From an uncultured bacterium (GTDB lineage Bacteria > Babelota > Babeliae > Babelales > JABCYS01), in NCBI GenBank assembly GCA_963705705.1, contig CAVPKK010000006.1, forward strand, positions 64,001-128,000: a stretch of 64,000 nt of DNA, written 5' to 3'. Made by a program: the position numbers and the translations under genes. Below, in pieces: positions 38,589 to 48,568 of the stretch (position 1 is the first letter of the stretch; every line of letters begins with the position of its first letter). The notes under the pieces are model-generated. The model was not told the DNA's origin and did no database searches. It was given only the letters and a program-made list of their open reading frames with translations.

Positions 38589-41078
38589 TTATTCCTTTCC
38601 TGCTTTGTCTTTAAAGATTTTCTTAAGTTTTTCGGCAACGCCTGAATACTTTTGTGTTTGTACCCCAGGCTCAAAGGTTAATGTGCCAAGTAGCTTACGA
38701 TATTGTTGGGCATCAGGACTATTCAAGTGAAGTTCATCCATTTTGTAATTATTTTTTTCTTTAACCACCTTAAATAGATCACCATCGGCTTCGAAATATA
38801 TTTTTTCACCTCCCAAATGACAATCTGACAGCATATTGCTAACCGAATTCTGCTCACCCTCCAGCATCATTTGCACCTCTTCAATTAAAAATGTTTTGCA
38901 TGCCTGCTCGTAGACATATTCAGAAAATAATAGCGATGGAGCTAATGCAGTGACCAATATACCAGGACCAAGTTTAATTCCTGCTAGTTTATGCGTTGCT
39001 CGACCAGGAACCATAGAAACAAAGCGAGGCAACTTATCCGCTGGTATACCGGTCATATCAAGTATAAATGGTACATTATGTGTATACAGCAATATCGCAG
39101 CTGGATATTCCGTCTCTGAAGAAGAATTTTGTTGCTTAAAGAATGCCTTTATATTGAGGGGATTGGCGCCACGAGTTGTGGCAAGAATTCTGCCAATAGA
39201 AACAACTCTATTTTGCGCGTCAACAACAGAAAACCATGGTAAGCCCGGGAATCGAATTTGCGCTGCTGTGAGACTTGTTGTTTTGCCCAATGATTCTTGA
39301 CTTGCGAGAAGCAATACTGGCTCAATGATTTTTTCATAGAATACGGGTACGTCTGATGAAAAGGCACGATCAAAAAACAATCTGAAATCATACGGCAATG
39401 TAAATTTAAGAGTATGATTTTTCCAATCAATCTCATCTACGGTCAATGGCAATTTAGATGCAAGCCGCATGGCACCATGTCCCGTTACCGGCTCATCAGT
39501 TAGTGCCGCGGTAATGATCGCATATGAATATAATTTTTGAGCGCCAGGTTGTTTTAGATCGGCATAAATCTTTTCGGCATTGGCGCCAGCTGCATAGCAG
39601 GATAAATAAACAAGAAGCCGTGTGTTTATTTTTTCATCAAAAAAACTAAGTATGTTTGGGAATGCCGACAATGGAAGGCCAACAATAAGGGATTCGATAT
39701 CGCCATGTCCGCTCAGGAAAATAGTCCAGGCAGGTATGTCAGCACTGCGATTTTCTTTATAATAATCGGCATTTAATACAAAGATTTTATTTAGCGAAGC
39801 AGCAAAATCCTGCTTATTCGGAATATTTTTTGCATTTTTACTTATATACTCTGTTAAGCCAACCGAAGGGATTTGAGGCATCGCATCAACATTAAGACCG
39901 AGCGAAAGCGCAAATTTGCGATCCACTGGTTGCCCTGATCTATATCCAGGAACAATTTTTTCTATAAAACTATTTGGTATCATTAAATACATACTATCTG
40001 ATGCAGCATTAAGAATAAGCCAGTCTTCTGGCTTAAATGTGCTATTAGCAACAAGTGCATGATGATACAGAAGGCTTACTTGTTCATAGGGTAATGATCG
40101 CATTGCTTTATATTGAGCAGCAATTGCATTATTGACTATTATATTGATGCTATCAAGAATAGATTTCTTTTCAGTATCAGTGATCTGTCCCTCTGTATGG
40201 ATACTATGTACTAGATCCACAATTTGAAGCAGCGGATTTTTTTGATAATCGGCTGATTTTCTCTTCATCATATTTTGGACTGCTTGTTGTCGTTTCAAAA
40301 AAGTATTGAATAAAAATGATGTTACTAGAATAGGTCCAGCTTGCCCTTCCAAAGCGGTCAAAAATTCTTCAGACATGGCACCACTGAAATTTTTTTCTGA
40401 TTCATCAATCAATACGATAATGCCTCGCTGCGGCTGATTATCTGCCACAATTTCCACAATAGGCGGTGCCACTTTTTTTATTGGGGCTGGCACTGGTGTT
40501 GGGACGGCGGGTACAACTACTGCTCGAGGAGCATTAAATTTTTTTGGGGCCTCTACTGGTTGAACAGGTGCCTGCGGTTTGGCGGAAGCTGAAGGTTTTG
40601 CTGGTTGCGCTGCCGGAATGGGCAGAGTTTTTGGTTGCTCCTGGACTACCGGCTTAGCCGGCCCGCGAGGTGCTACAAATTTCTTAGGACCAGCTGGCGC
40701 TTGCGGCTGGGCTTCCGCAGTTGCCGGCATTTTTCCTTCTCTAACGTATTTTTCAACCAGCACCTCAAAGCCAGGTCTATTCCTTATAACCTCAAAGATT
40801 GTTTTGCCTTTACTGTTTTTAATTGAGGTATCGGCACCCTTTTCTATGAGTAAATCAAGAATCTCCGGCTTGTATACGTCAAATAAGAATACCGCTGAAG
40901 GATCGCCACCTGCATCAAGCGCATCTTTAACCAAGCCATATTCCTGCGAACGTTCAGCAGTTCTTAATTCTTCATTGAGTTGCTCTTGTGTCGGCGCAAA
41001 ACATGGAGTTGCTAAAAAGAGGATTAATAAAAATTTAAATGCGAATTTTCGCTCTGACTTCAAGTATAGGTGCTTCAT
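38589..41078 (-). CDS. Secreted ankyrin-like + Pro-rich + putative clan CD peptidase, paralogue 3
   Basis: LLIEKGADTSIKNSKGKT; Pro/Ala linker; IFLSGHG...LVYLSCYAAG; QIRFPGLPWFSV shared with the 19-24 kb pair. Confidence 0.75.
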   Translation of the reverse strand: MKHLYLKSERKFAFKFLLILFLATPCFAPTQEQLNEELRTAERSQEYGLVKDALDAGGDPSAVFLFDVYKPEILDLLIEKGADTSIKNSKGKTIFEVIRNRPGFEVLVEKYVREGKMPATAEAQPQAPAGPKKFVAPRGPAKPVVQEQPKTLPIPAAQPAKPSASAKPQAPVQPVEAPKKFNAPRAVVVPAVPTPVPAPIKKVAPPIVEIVADNQPQRGIIVLIDESEKNFSGAMSEEFLTALEGQAGPILVTSFLFNTFLKRQQAVQNMMKRKSADYQKNPLLQIVDLVHSIHTEGQITDTEKKSILDSINIIVNNAIAAQYKAMRSLPYEQVSLLYHHALVANSTFKPEDWLILNAASDSMYLMIPNSFIEKIVPGYRSGQPVDRKFALSLGLNVDAMPQIPSVGLTEYISKNAKNIPNKQDFAASLNKIFVLNADYYKENRSADIPAWTIFLSGHGDIESLIVGLPLSAFPNILSFFDEKINTRLLVYLSCYAAGANAEKIYADLKQPGAQKLYSYAIITAALTDEPVTGHGAMRLASKLPLTVDEIDWKNHTLKFTLPYDFRLFFDRAFSSDVPVFYEKIIEPVLLLASQESLGKTTSLTAAQIRFPGLPWFSVVDAQNRVVSIGRILATTRGANPLNIKAFFKQQNSSSETEYPAAILLYTHNVPFILDMTGIPADKLPRFVSMVPGRATHKLAGIKLGPGILVTALAPSLLFSEYVYEQACKTFLIEEVQMMLEGEQNSVSNMLSDCHLGGEKIYFEADGDLFKVVKEKNNYKMDELHLNSPDAQQYRKLLGTLTFEPGVQTQKYSGVAEKLKKIFKDKAGKE

Positions 41079-41124
41079 TTCTTCCCACTGTAATGCCTGG
41101 CAATATCTTGACTTGTAAGAATAA

Positions 41125-41158
41125 ATAAAGCGGTGGGCCAGGTTAGATCCACCGCTCT
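41125..41158 (-). terminator. Intrinsic terminator
   Basis: AGCGGTGG...CCACCGCT stem followed by TTATTT on minus strand. Confidence 0.6.
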
Positions 41159-41185
41159 ATGTAATATCAAGGAACTCGCGGCCTT

Positions 41186-41578
41186 TTATTTATGAGGTTG
41201 ACCTTCTGCCGCCTCTTCTTTTTCTGCAGCTAGTTTTGCAATAAGAAGTCTTCGGTAATCTTCAGCCCGTGGCCAGCGGCCAGGATTCATTGCTTCAAAC
41301 TGCTCGATTTTTTGATGGATTGTTTTTACATCGAGGGGTTCGGCACCTACCAATTCATTCAGTTCATCACGAACAGCATCCATTTGCATTTGCGTGCCGC
41401 GAGGACCTTTACCACTTCTACGAATCTCATCGATTTTTGATTTTGGCGTTTTAATACCAACGCTTCGTTCTAAAGCAATAAAATGGTTTTGGGCATCTTG
41501 ATGACTGGCAGCGGCTGCGCCAGCTTTAATACTCTGAGCAGCGAAGATTGAAAGTAAAAGCAAACTGAATTTATGCAT
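41186..41578 (-). CDS. Small secreted hypothetical protein
   Basis: AAGGAA RBS; MHKFSLLLLSIFAAQSIKA signal peptide. Confidence 0.65.
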   Translation of the reverse strand: MHKFSLLLLSIFAAQSIKAGAAAASHQDAQNHFIALERSVGIKTPKSKIDEIRRSGKGPRGTQMQMDAVRDELNELVGAEPLDVKTIHQKIEQFEAMNPGRWPRAEDYRRLLIAKLAAEKEEAAEGQPHK

Positions 41579-41696
41579 GGTATTCCTTTTAAAAATGGTA
41601 TTTGTCATACCTTTATCTTAAAGAAATAGTCATGCGATGGGCAATAACCTATTGAAGGACAAGGAGAAAAAGCTTCTCGTGCGACATTTTTAGATT

Positions 41697-42419
41697 TTAC
41701 AACCGACAATAGATCAAAAACTCTTTATTGCCTGAGCTACCTTCGATAGGTGATTCAATAACATCGCTGCAGGTAAAACCTTCTTGTTCCAACTCTTTTT
41801 TTACTCGTTCGGTTACTTCGGCATGAATTTTCGGATCCTTAATAATACCGCCTGGCCCTACTTGCTCTTTGCCCGCTTCGAACTGCGGTTTGATGAGTGC
41901 AATGAGTTGGCCATTAGGCTTAATCAATTTTTTAACGGAATCAAGCACTTTAAGAAGCGAGATAAATGATAAGTCGAGTGTTACCAGGTCCACTAATTCT
42001 GGTAGATGATCCAGATGCCGAAGATTGGTCCGCTCGATAACTACTACACGCGGGTCATTACGAATTTTTTCATGAACCTGGCCGTAACCGACATCGACGC
42101 CATATATTTTGGCGGCGCCGCGCTGGAGTAAGCAATCGGTAAAACCACCCGTTGATAGCCCGGCATCCATAACTACAAGACCATGGACGTCGATATTAAA
42201 ATAATCCAAAGCACGTTCAAGTTTGTAACCGGCTCGAGAAACAAACTTTTGTTCGCTCAGCGCAACTTCTATTTTTGCATCATCCGCAACTTGTTGCCCC
42301 GGTTTGGTTGCTGGTTTACCGTCGACCGATACTTTGCCTTGCATTATGATGCTTTGGATTAAGGTGCGGCTGAGTTCGGGATGTTGTTTTTGGACTAATA
42401 TATCTAAGCGTGTTTTCAT
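41697..42419 (-). CDS. tlyA: TlyA family rRNA 2'-O-methyltransferase
   Basis: S4 domain RLD...SR; FVSRAGYKL, DAGLSTGGFTD, DLSFISL, IKPQFE, GNKEFL. Confidence 0.93.
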   Translation of the reverse strand: MKTRLDILVQKQHPELSRTLIQSIIMQGKVSVDGKPATKPGQQVADDAKIEVALSEQKFVSRAGYKLERALDYFNIDVHGLVVMDAGLSTGGFTDCLLQRGAAKIYGVDVGYGQVHEKIRNDPRVVVIERTNLRHLDHLPELVDLVTLDLSFISLLKVLDSVKKLIKPNGQLIALIKPQFEAGKEQVGPGGIIKDPKIHAEVTERVKKELEQEGFTCSDVIESPIEGSSGNKEFLIYCRL

Positions 42420-42421
42420 TA

Positions 42422-44095
42422 TTAGGCCATTCTCACGGGTGATGATTCTTGCTTAATATAGTTTTTCGCCAGCTGTTGGACCGTATTGGAAAGCGGATAA
42501 CGGTACAGTTGTGAGAAGCGAATCTCATCAACGATCGAACGTTCAAGCGGGAAGGCGACAAAGAGATTATTAGACGTTTTAAAATTGATAAACTTCTTGC
42601 CTGAGTCGACGATCATGGTGGTACGGAGATCTTCCAATGTTTTTACCTTCTTGCCATTCACTTCCGTTATTACCGAACCAATACCAATAGCACGTGATCG
42701 GTGTGCTTGTGAATCAGGGAAAAGATGCGTGATGACCAAGGCTGGTTCAAGTTGTTCTTTTGTTTCCCAATATTTAGAAAGCTCGCGCGCAACTTTTTCT
42801 AGCACAGTAACATGGTTCAAGGTGAGTGGCATGATTACCATGCCGCCGATAATTTCATAATCGATTGGCTCATAATCAGGATAAATCATGCGAATTGGTA
42901 GCTGTTCAGATAAGCCAAACGTGAGACTAATATCTTGACGCTTTCCTTGGCGATACAAAACAACACGCACATCGTGGCCGAGCTTTAGGCGGGAAACATA
43001 GTCGGAAATGGAAATTTTATCATCACTCCATGGCACATTCAGCTCGCCATAATTATCAATCTTATGGCCATCAATTTCATAGAGCATGTCGCCCATACGA
43101 ACGCCAGCTTTATCCATGAGACTTTTGTTGTATACCTCAACCACATACACGCCGCCCGGGGTAGGATTGCCCAAATATTCGGCAAGTGCATCGCTGGTAG
43201 TGACCGGCACAAAACCAAGGAATGGCCGATGTAGCAATGCGGTGCTGTGCAGATTGTCTAAAATAATTTTGAGTTCGTTGATCGGAATAATGTAATTAGC
43301 ATTTTGTGCGCCAACTATTGATGCTGAGTTCACGCCAATAACTTCGCCTAAACGATTAAGCGATGGACCGCCGGAACTGCCCGGGTTAATCGGCGCAGAC
43401 ATTTGAATAAAGTTTTGGCCAACAATACTCTCGCGTCCACTCACAATACCCGTGGTAGCTTTTAATGAATGTTGCCCAAGCGGATAGCCTAGCGCGATAA
43501 TTTCATCAGCTCGGTGAACAGAGTCGGAATCACCCATTGATAAATGAGGAATTGATCCAAGCGCGCTGCGAATGATCGCTTGGCTTTCTTTGGTAAGTTG
43601 CAAAAGTGCTAAATCGCGCTCAGGGCAAACACCAATTACATCAACATCGATAATGCGCTTGCCGAGTGAAGGTATTTGGATCCAAACCGAGCGAGCATTG
43701 TTTACCACGTGCCAGTTAGTAATGATTTTGCCGTCATCGGAAAGAATGAACCCACTTCCGAAACTTTGCCCTTGGTTAGGGGTGCGGTATGGTTGCAAAA
43801 GATCTATTTCTGCAATCTGGGAAAATATCTGGACAACGGTATCTTTCGCTTTTTGCTGCACACCGGCCCAACCTCCTGCAGTTGGCATTGATAAGGCGTT
43901 ATTAAGATCCGGCGCACTCATAATACTTGGGCGTTTGGTCGACGGCTCTATAAATAATTCTCGTTGCTCATTTACCAATGCGGCCAGTTGTTGCTGCAAT
44001 GTTACTTGCTGATGCCAAACAAAACCAATCGAAGTAAGTAAGATGCTGCAGACGAGGCAAAGGAAAATACCAAAACGCATACTCATAAAAAACAC
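42422..44095 (-). CDS. HtrA/Deg-type trypsin-like serine protease with PDZ domains
   Basis: GSGF, TNWHVV, DLALL, INPGSSGGP; N-terminal TM; two PDZ-like domains. Confidence 0.9.
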   Translation of the reverse strand: MFFMSMRFGIFLCLVCSILLTSIGFVWHQQVTLQQQLAALVNEQRELFIEPSTKRPSIMSAPDLNNALSMPTAGGWAGVQQKAKDTVVQIFSQIAEIDLLQPYRTPNQGQSFGSGFILSDDGKIITNWHVVNNARSVWIQIPSLGKRIIDVDVIGVCPERDLALLQLTKESQAIIRSALGSIPHLSMGDSDSVHRADEIIALGYPLGQHSLKATTGIVSGRESIVGQNFIQMSAPINPGSSGGPSLNRLGEVIGVNSASIVGAQNANYIIPINELKIILDNLHSTALLHRPFLGFVPVTTSDALAEYLGNPTPGGVYVVEVYNKSLMDKAGVRMGDMLYEIDGHKIDNYGELNVPWSDDKISISDYVSRLKLGHDVRVVLYRQGKRQDISLTFGLSEQLPIRMIYPDYEPIDYEIIGGMVIMPLTLNHVTVLEKVARELSKYWETKEQLEPALVITHLFPDSQAHRSRAIGIGSVITEVNGKKVKTLEDLRTTMIVDSGKKFINFKTSNNLFVAFPLERSIVDEIRFSQLYRYPLSNTVQQLAKNYIKQESSPVRMA

Positions 44096-44213
44096 CCGTA
44101 TGTTAAAACCTGTAGGATGTTGAACACTAACATAGGCGGCCTGGTTTGCAAGTCCTTTGGGGGCGGAGTAAGCTGTCCCACTCAGAAAATAAAAATGATC
44201 ATTAAGTCTTTTT

Positions 44214-44250
44214 CGCGCTAGATCCTTCGATAATACTCAGGATGAGCGCG
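44214..44250. repeat. REP-like palindromic element
   Basis: CGCGCTAGATCCTTCGATAATACTCAGGATGAGCGCG; flanks TCTTTTT and CTCCATCTC also shared with the 27614 copy. Confidence 0.85.
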
Positions 44251-44297
44251 ATGACGCTCCATCTCGGATAAAAGACTGGTATTTAAGGTTTAAAAGT

Positions 44298-45620
44298 ATG
44301 TCCTCGAATGCAAATACGACTCCAACACTCGAAGATATTGTTTCACTTTGTAAGCGCCGCGGATTTGTATATCCGTCAGCTGAAATTTATGGTGGCCTAA
44401 ATGGCGTCTATGATTTTGGACATTTAGGTACGCTGCTGAAGAAAAATATTCGTGCCGCTTGGTTGCAATCGATCCAACGTGCAATTCCTGATGGCCACGT
44501 TGTGCAATTTGAGGGGCCTATTCTTGGCCCAGAAGCTGTCTGGAAAGCATCGGGCCATGTGCAACATTTTCATGATCCCATGGTCGACTGCATGAATTGT
44601 AAGCATCGCTATCGCGCAGATGATATAGATTTAAATAAACCATGTCCGAACTGCGGCATTAAAGCCTGGACAGCGGTACGCGCATTCAACATGATGTTCA
44701 AAACACAGGTTGGCGCGGTTGAAGATGGTTCAGCCATTGCTTATTTACGCCCTGAAACCGCTCAGTCTATTTTTATCAATTTCAAAAATATCTATACCAC
44801 TACACGCGTTAAAATGCCGTTTGGGGTTTCACAAATTGGCAAGGCGTTTAGAAATGAAATTACGCCAAAACAATTTTTATTCCGCATGCGCGAATTTGAG
44901 CAAATGGAAATTGAGTGGTTTTGCAAAGAAGAGAATGCTCTGAATTTTTATGAGCAATGGCGTGCATCACGTTATGCATTCTATGAATATATCGGCATCA
45001 GAAAATCACATACACGCATACGTGCTCATGAAAAAGATGAGCTTGCGCACTACTCGACCGCTACATCGGACGTTGAGTACCAGTTTCCATTCGGCTGGAA
45101 AGAGTTGGAAGGTGTTGCATATCGCGGCAACTTTGATTTGCGACAACACAGCGAAGCTTCAGGAAAAGATCTTTCGGTCTTTGATGAAGAAACCCGAACT
45201 AGTTACATACCGCATGTGGTCGAATGCTCAGTTGGTGTTGATCGACTCTTTTTAACATTATTTTTTGATAGTTATTATGAGGATGTGGCCGAAGGCGAAA
45301 AACGTATCGCATTGCGCTTCCATCCACGGATTGCTCCATATAAGGCTGCATTCTTCCCGCTAACTAAAAAGCAAGAAGCGCAGATGAAACCCATTTACGA
45401 AAAAATAGCTAATGCTGGTTATTGCGTGTTATATGATGAATCAGGTTCTATTGGTAAGCGGTACCGCCGCCAAGATGAAATCGGCACCCCTGCTTGCTTT
45501 ACCTATGATTTTGAAAGTGATACCGACATGATGGTTACCGTTCGCGATCGTGATACGATGAAGCAGGAACGGATTGCTATTGATCGCATTGAGCAATATT
45601 TAGCAGACTTGTTGAAATAA
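44298..45620 (+). CDS. glyQS: Glycine--tRNA ligase, homodimeric type
   Basis: LCKRRGF, YLRPETAQ, GKAFRNEITP, REFEQME, SIGKRYRRQDEIGTP. Confidence 0.95.
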   Translation: MSSNANTTPTLEDIVSLCKRRGFVYPSAEIYGGLNGVYDFGHLGTLLKKNIRAAWLQSIQRAIPDGHVVQFEGPILGPEAVWKASGHVQHFHDPMVDCMNCKHRYRADDIDLNKPCPNCGIKAWTAVRAFNMMFKTQVGAVEDGSAIAYLRPETAQSIFINFKNIYTTTRVKMPFGVSQIGKAFRNEITPKQFLFRMREFEQMEIEWFCKEENALNFYEQWRASRYAFYEYIGIRKSHTRIRAHEKDELAHYSTATSDVEYQFPFGWKELEGVAYRGNFDLRQHSEASGKDLSVFDEETRTSYIPHVVECSVGVDRLFLTLFFDSYYEDVAEGEKRIALRFHPRIAPYKAAFFPLTKKQEAQMKPIYEKIANAGYCVLYDESGSIGKRYRRQDEIGTPACFTYDFESDTDMMVTVRDRDTMKQERIAIDRIEQYLADLLK

Positions 45621-45631
45621 AGGACGAGGGC

Positions 45632-46204
45632 ATGCTCAAGAAACTTTACAATTGGATCGGCACTCAAGTGCACACACCATATGCCGAACCAGGACTTGCC
45701 TTACTCTCATTTCTTGAATCATTGATCTTCCCGCCAGTGGCGCCAGTACTGATTTTATTCTGCGTTGAAAATCGACCAAGGGCATACCGCTATGCTGCCA
45801 TAGCGACTATCTGCTCTGTCATCGGTGGTGTCGTTGCCTTTTATATTGGCTTTGCTTTGTGGGAAACAGTTGGCCAACAGCTGGTCAAAGCTATTACCAC
45901 ACCAGAAACATTTAACCAAGTAGTTACACAGTTCAAACAATATCAAACATTGGCTGTGCTCATCGGCTCGTTTACACCGGTTCCGTATAAGTTACTTGGT
46001 GTTACCGCTGGTTTTTGCCAATTATCATTGGTTGGCTTTATTACGTATTCCCTCATAGGCCGGGCGGCGCGTTACTTTTTACTCGCACTTGCATTGAATT
46101 ATTGGGGTGTCGAAATTAAATCGATTATTGATCGTTGGTTTTATCAGTTGGTTCTGCTGTTTGTAGTATTTGTTGCAGCAGGGCTTTATTTGATGCGAAT
46201 ATGA
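45632..46204 (+). CDS. DedA/YqaA family membrane protein
   Basis: SFLESLIFP, SVIGG, FTPVPYK, GRAARY. Confidence 0.85.
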   Translation: MLKKLYNWIGTQVHTPYAEPGLALLSFLESLIFPPVAPVLILFCVENRPRAYRYAAIATICSVIGGVVAFYIGFALWETVGQQLVKAITTPETFNQVVTQFKQYQTLAVLIGSFTPVPYKLLGVTAGFCQLSLVGFITYSLIGRAARYFLLALALNYWGVEIKSIIDRWFYQLVLLFVVFVAAGLYLMRI

Positions 46205-46217
46205 TCCAGGTACATGT

Positions 46218-48056
46218 ATGCACGTAGGTAGTTTACGTTCTATTGTTACAGCCCTTCCGGCAAACTTCAAAGATAGTATCAAATCACTTGGTATTGTTTT
46301 TGGGGATATCGGCACCAGTCCGATTTATACTTTATATGTAGTATTTCTGCTCATCCAACCGACCATGTTCAACATTCTGGGCGTTCTCTCGCTCATTGTT
46401 TGGACACTCATTACCATTGTAACTATCCAATACGCTTGGTTGGCAATGAGTTTGAGCCAAAAAGGTGAGGGCGGCACCATCGTATTGCGCGAAATTCTTG
46501 CGCCAATGCTATCAACTCGGATGGCAGCTCTCGTTACATTTTTATCGATTGTTGGTATTTCATTCTTAGTAGGTGACGGTGTAATCACGCCGGCAATCAG
46601 TATTTTGTCGGCTGTTGAAGGTTTGCGATTAATACCAACATGGGAATATATCAACCAAAACTTGCTCATGCTGATCGCCTGTATAATTGCTGTCGGCCTT
46701 TTTATTTTCCAACGCAAAGGCACTGAAACTGTGTCGGTTGCTTTTGGCCCCATAATGGTTATTTGGTTTTTAGCCCTCGGGATTTCAGGATTCAGAGCCA
46801 TCCTTACCAATCCTTCAGTTCTCTGGGCGCTCAGCCCAACACATGCTGTTACGTACGTGATGACCGCGCCATGGACAAGTATGATCGTTCTTTCAAAGGT
46901 TATTTTATGCGCCACCGGCGGAGAGGCTCTTTATGCTGACATGGGGCATTTGGGGCGACTACCAATTATTCGCGCCTGGGGCTTTGCTTTTGTATTTTTG
47001 GTACTCAATTATCTTGGTCAAGGCGCCTTCTTAAGCTTGCATCCGCAAAGTGAATATATTTTTTACGAGATGTTTTATGATCAAGCACCCTCATTGTATG
47101 TGCCATTTCTTTTACTCAGCATCGTAGCCACTGTCATCGCATCACAAGCAATGATCAGTGGTATTTTTTCCATTGTATATCAAGGTATAACAACCAACCT
47201 TATGCCGAAGCTCAAGGTTGATTACACATCACGCAAACTGCGTTCGCAAATTTACATTCCGTTTATTAATTGGTCCTTGCTGATCTTGGTAATTATTGCG
47301 ATTTTAAAGTTCCGCGAATCGGCCAATCTAGCCAATGCCTATGGCTTAGCAGCCATCTGCACCATGACCATCACTAGCATCATGATCACCACTATTTTTT
47401 GGCTCAAGCGACAGTATTTCAAAGCAGTGGTTGCCATTGGCACGATGTTCATTAATGCATTGTATTTAGCTGCCAGCATTTCCAAAATACCATACGGCGG
47501 TTACTGGTCGATCGTTATTGCGATGATTCCGCTGAGTATTATTCTGATTTACACCGCTGGAAAACATCGACTATATAATCTTATTCGGCCAAAAACATTG
47601 CGAGAGTTTGTAGATCGTTATGAGCGCACCATCGTTGATGCAACGCGCATCCCCGGCACTGGACTCTTTCTTTCAAAAGGTGTTACGCGAATACCTTCCT
47701 ACATGGTACATATCATGTTTACCAACCAGATCATGTATGAAGATAATGTGATCGTATCGGTTGCTACGCAGGATAAGCCATTTGGTGTTACTGCCTCCTT
47801 CACCCAACAACTCGCACCGGGTTTACGCCTCTTCGAGATTCGTATGGGCTACATGGAAATAATGAATCTGGCAAAGATTTTGAAAATGGCCAATATTGAT
47901 CCGAAAGTTATTTTCTACGGGCAAGAAGAGATTGAAACGCGCAACGCATTCTGGAAAATTTTCTCCGTGATCAAAAAGCTCACACCTTCATTCGTGCAAT
48001 TCTATAAACTCCCGACCAACAAACTCCATGGCGTTTTAATGCGTGTCGAAATGTAA
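46218..48056 (+). CDS. kup: KUP/HAK/KT potassium transporter
   Basis: GIVFGDIGTSPIY, GEGG, GDGVITPAISILSAVEG, GGEALYADMGH, QIYIPFIN. Confidence 0.95.
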   Translation: MHVGSLRSIVTALPANFKDSIKSLGIVFGDIGTSPIYTLYVVFLLIQPTMFNILGVLSLIVWTLITIVTIQYAWLAMSLSQKGEGGTIVLREILAPMLSTRMAALVTFLSIVGISFLVGDGVITPAISILSAVEGLRLIPTWEYINQNLLMLIACIIAVGLFIFQRKGTETVSVAFGPIMVIWFLALGISGFRAILTNPSVLWALSPTHAVTYVMTAPWTSMIVLSKVILCATGGEALYADMGHLGRLPIIRAWGFAFVFLVLNYLGQGAFLSLHPQSEYIFYEMFYDQAPSLYVPFLLLSIVATVIASQAMISGIFSIVYQGITTNLMPKLKVDYTSRKLRSQIYIPFINWSLLILVIIAILKFRESANLANAYGLAAICTMTITSIMITTIFWLKRQYFKAVVAIGTMFINALYLAASISKIPYGGYWSIVIAMIPLSIILIYTAGKHRLYNLIRPKTLREFVDRYERTIVDATRIPGTGLFLSKGVTRIPSYMVHIMFTNQIMYEDNVIVSVATQDKPFGVTASFTQQLAPGLRLFEIRMGYMEIMNLAKILKMANIDPKVIFYGQEEIETRNAFWKIFSVIKKLTPSFVQFYKLPTNKLHGVLMRVEM

Positions 48057-48291
48057 CCAGGGCCGCCCACTAAGCACTCGCTGGCTTCGTAGTCAAGTCA
48101 TATTTACAATATTGTTTAAGTCATTTATGAACGGCAAAAAAAAAGTCCTTCATAGATCAAATTGGTGGACCTTTTCTTAGATTGCTCATATAAGTGCACA
48201 GGCAAATAGCCAATTTGACGCGAAGATCCGCGTCGTTCAAATGGGCCAGAAAGCAGGTAGGCGTGCCTTGAAAAACGATGTCAAAAAGTAC

Positions 48292-48432
48292 CAAATTTGC
48301 ACTGCCTGTAACGAAAGCAACCATCATCCATCTTTAACTTTGCACAATCTGAAAGAAAATGGTCGATTTTGCCCAAAAAATTCGAAAGTCGCCGGACAAC
48401 CTTTTGACGACAAATTTCAACGATTTAGATTA
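48292..48432 (+). promoter_or_regulatory. Conserved upstream element, copy 1
   Basis: TTGCACTGCCTGTAAC, CTGAAnGAAAA and CTTTTGAC at the same offsets as in 49953-50093. Confidence 0.55.
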
Positions 48433-48568
48433 ATAGAACATTGCGCTTGACCCGACCTGTTGCAATAACACAATCACGGATTGAACGATTGAAGGCACAA
48501 CGAGAACCCGCGGTCGTCAAATCTGATGTTGCAGCAGCTGATTAATATGAAATAACCGGAAAAAACCC

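Noticed and set aside
36037..41600. Genomic island or prophage integrated at tRNA-Arg
   Set aside because: No integrase, phage genes or duplicated tRNA 3' end seen; the accessory genes lie on the tRNA 5' side
44298..45620. Eukaryote-type GlyRS as a host-derived transfer
   Set aside because: Homodimeric GlyRS is common in many bacterial phyla
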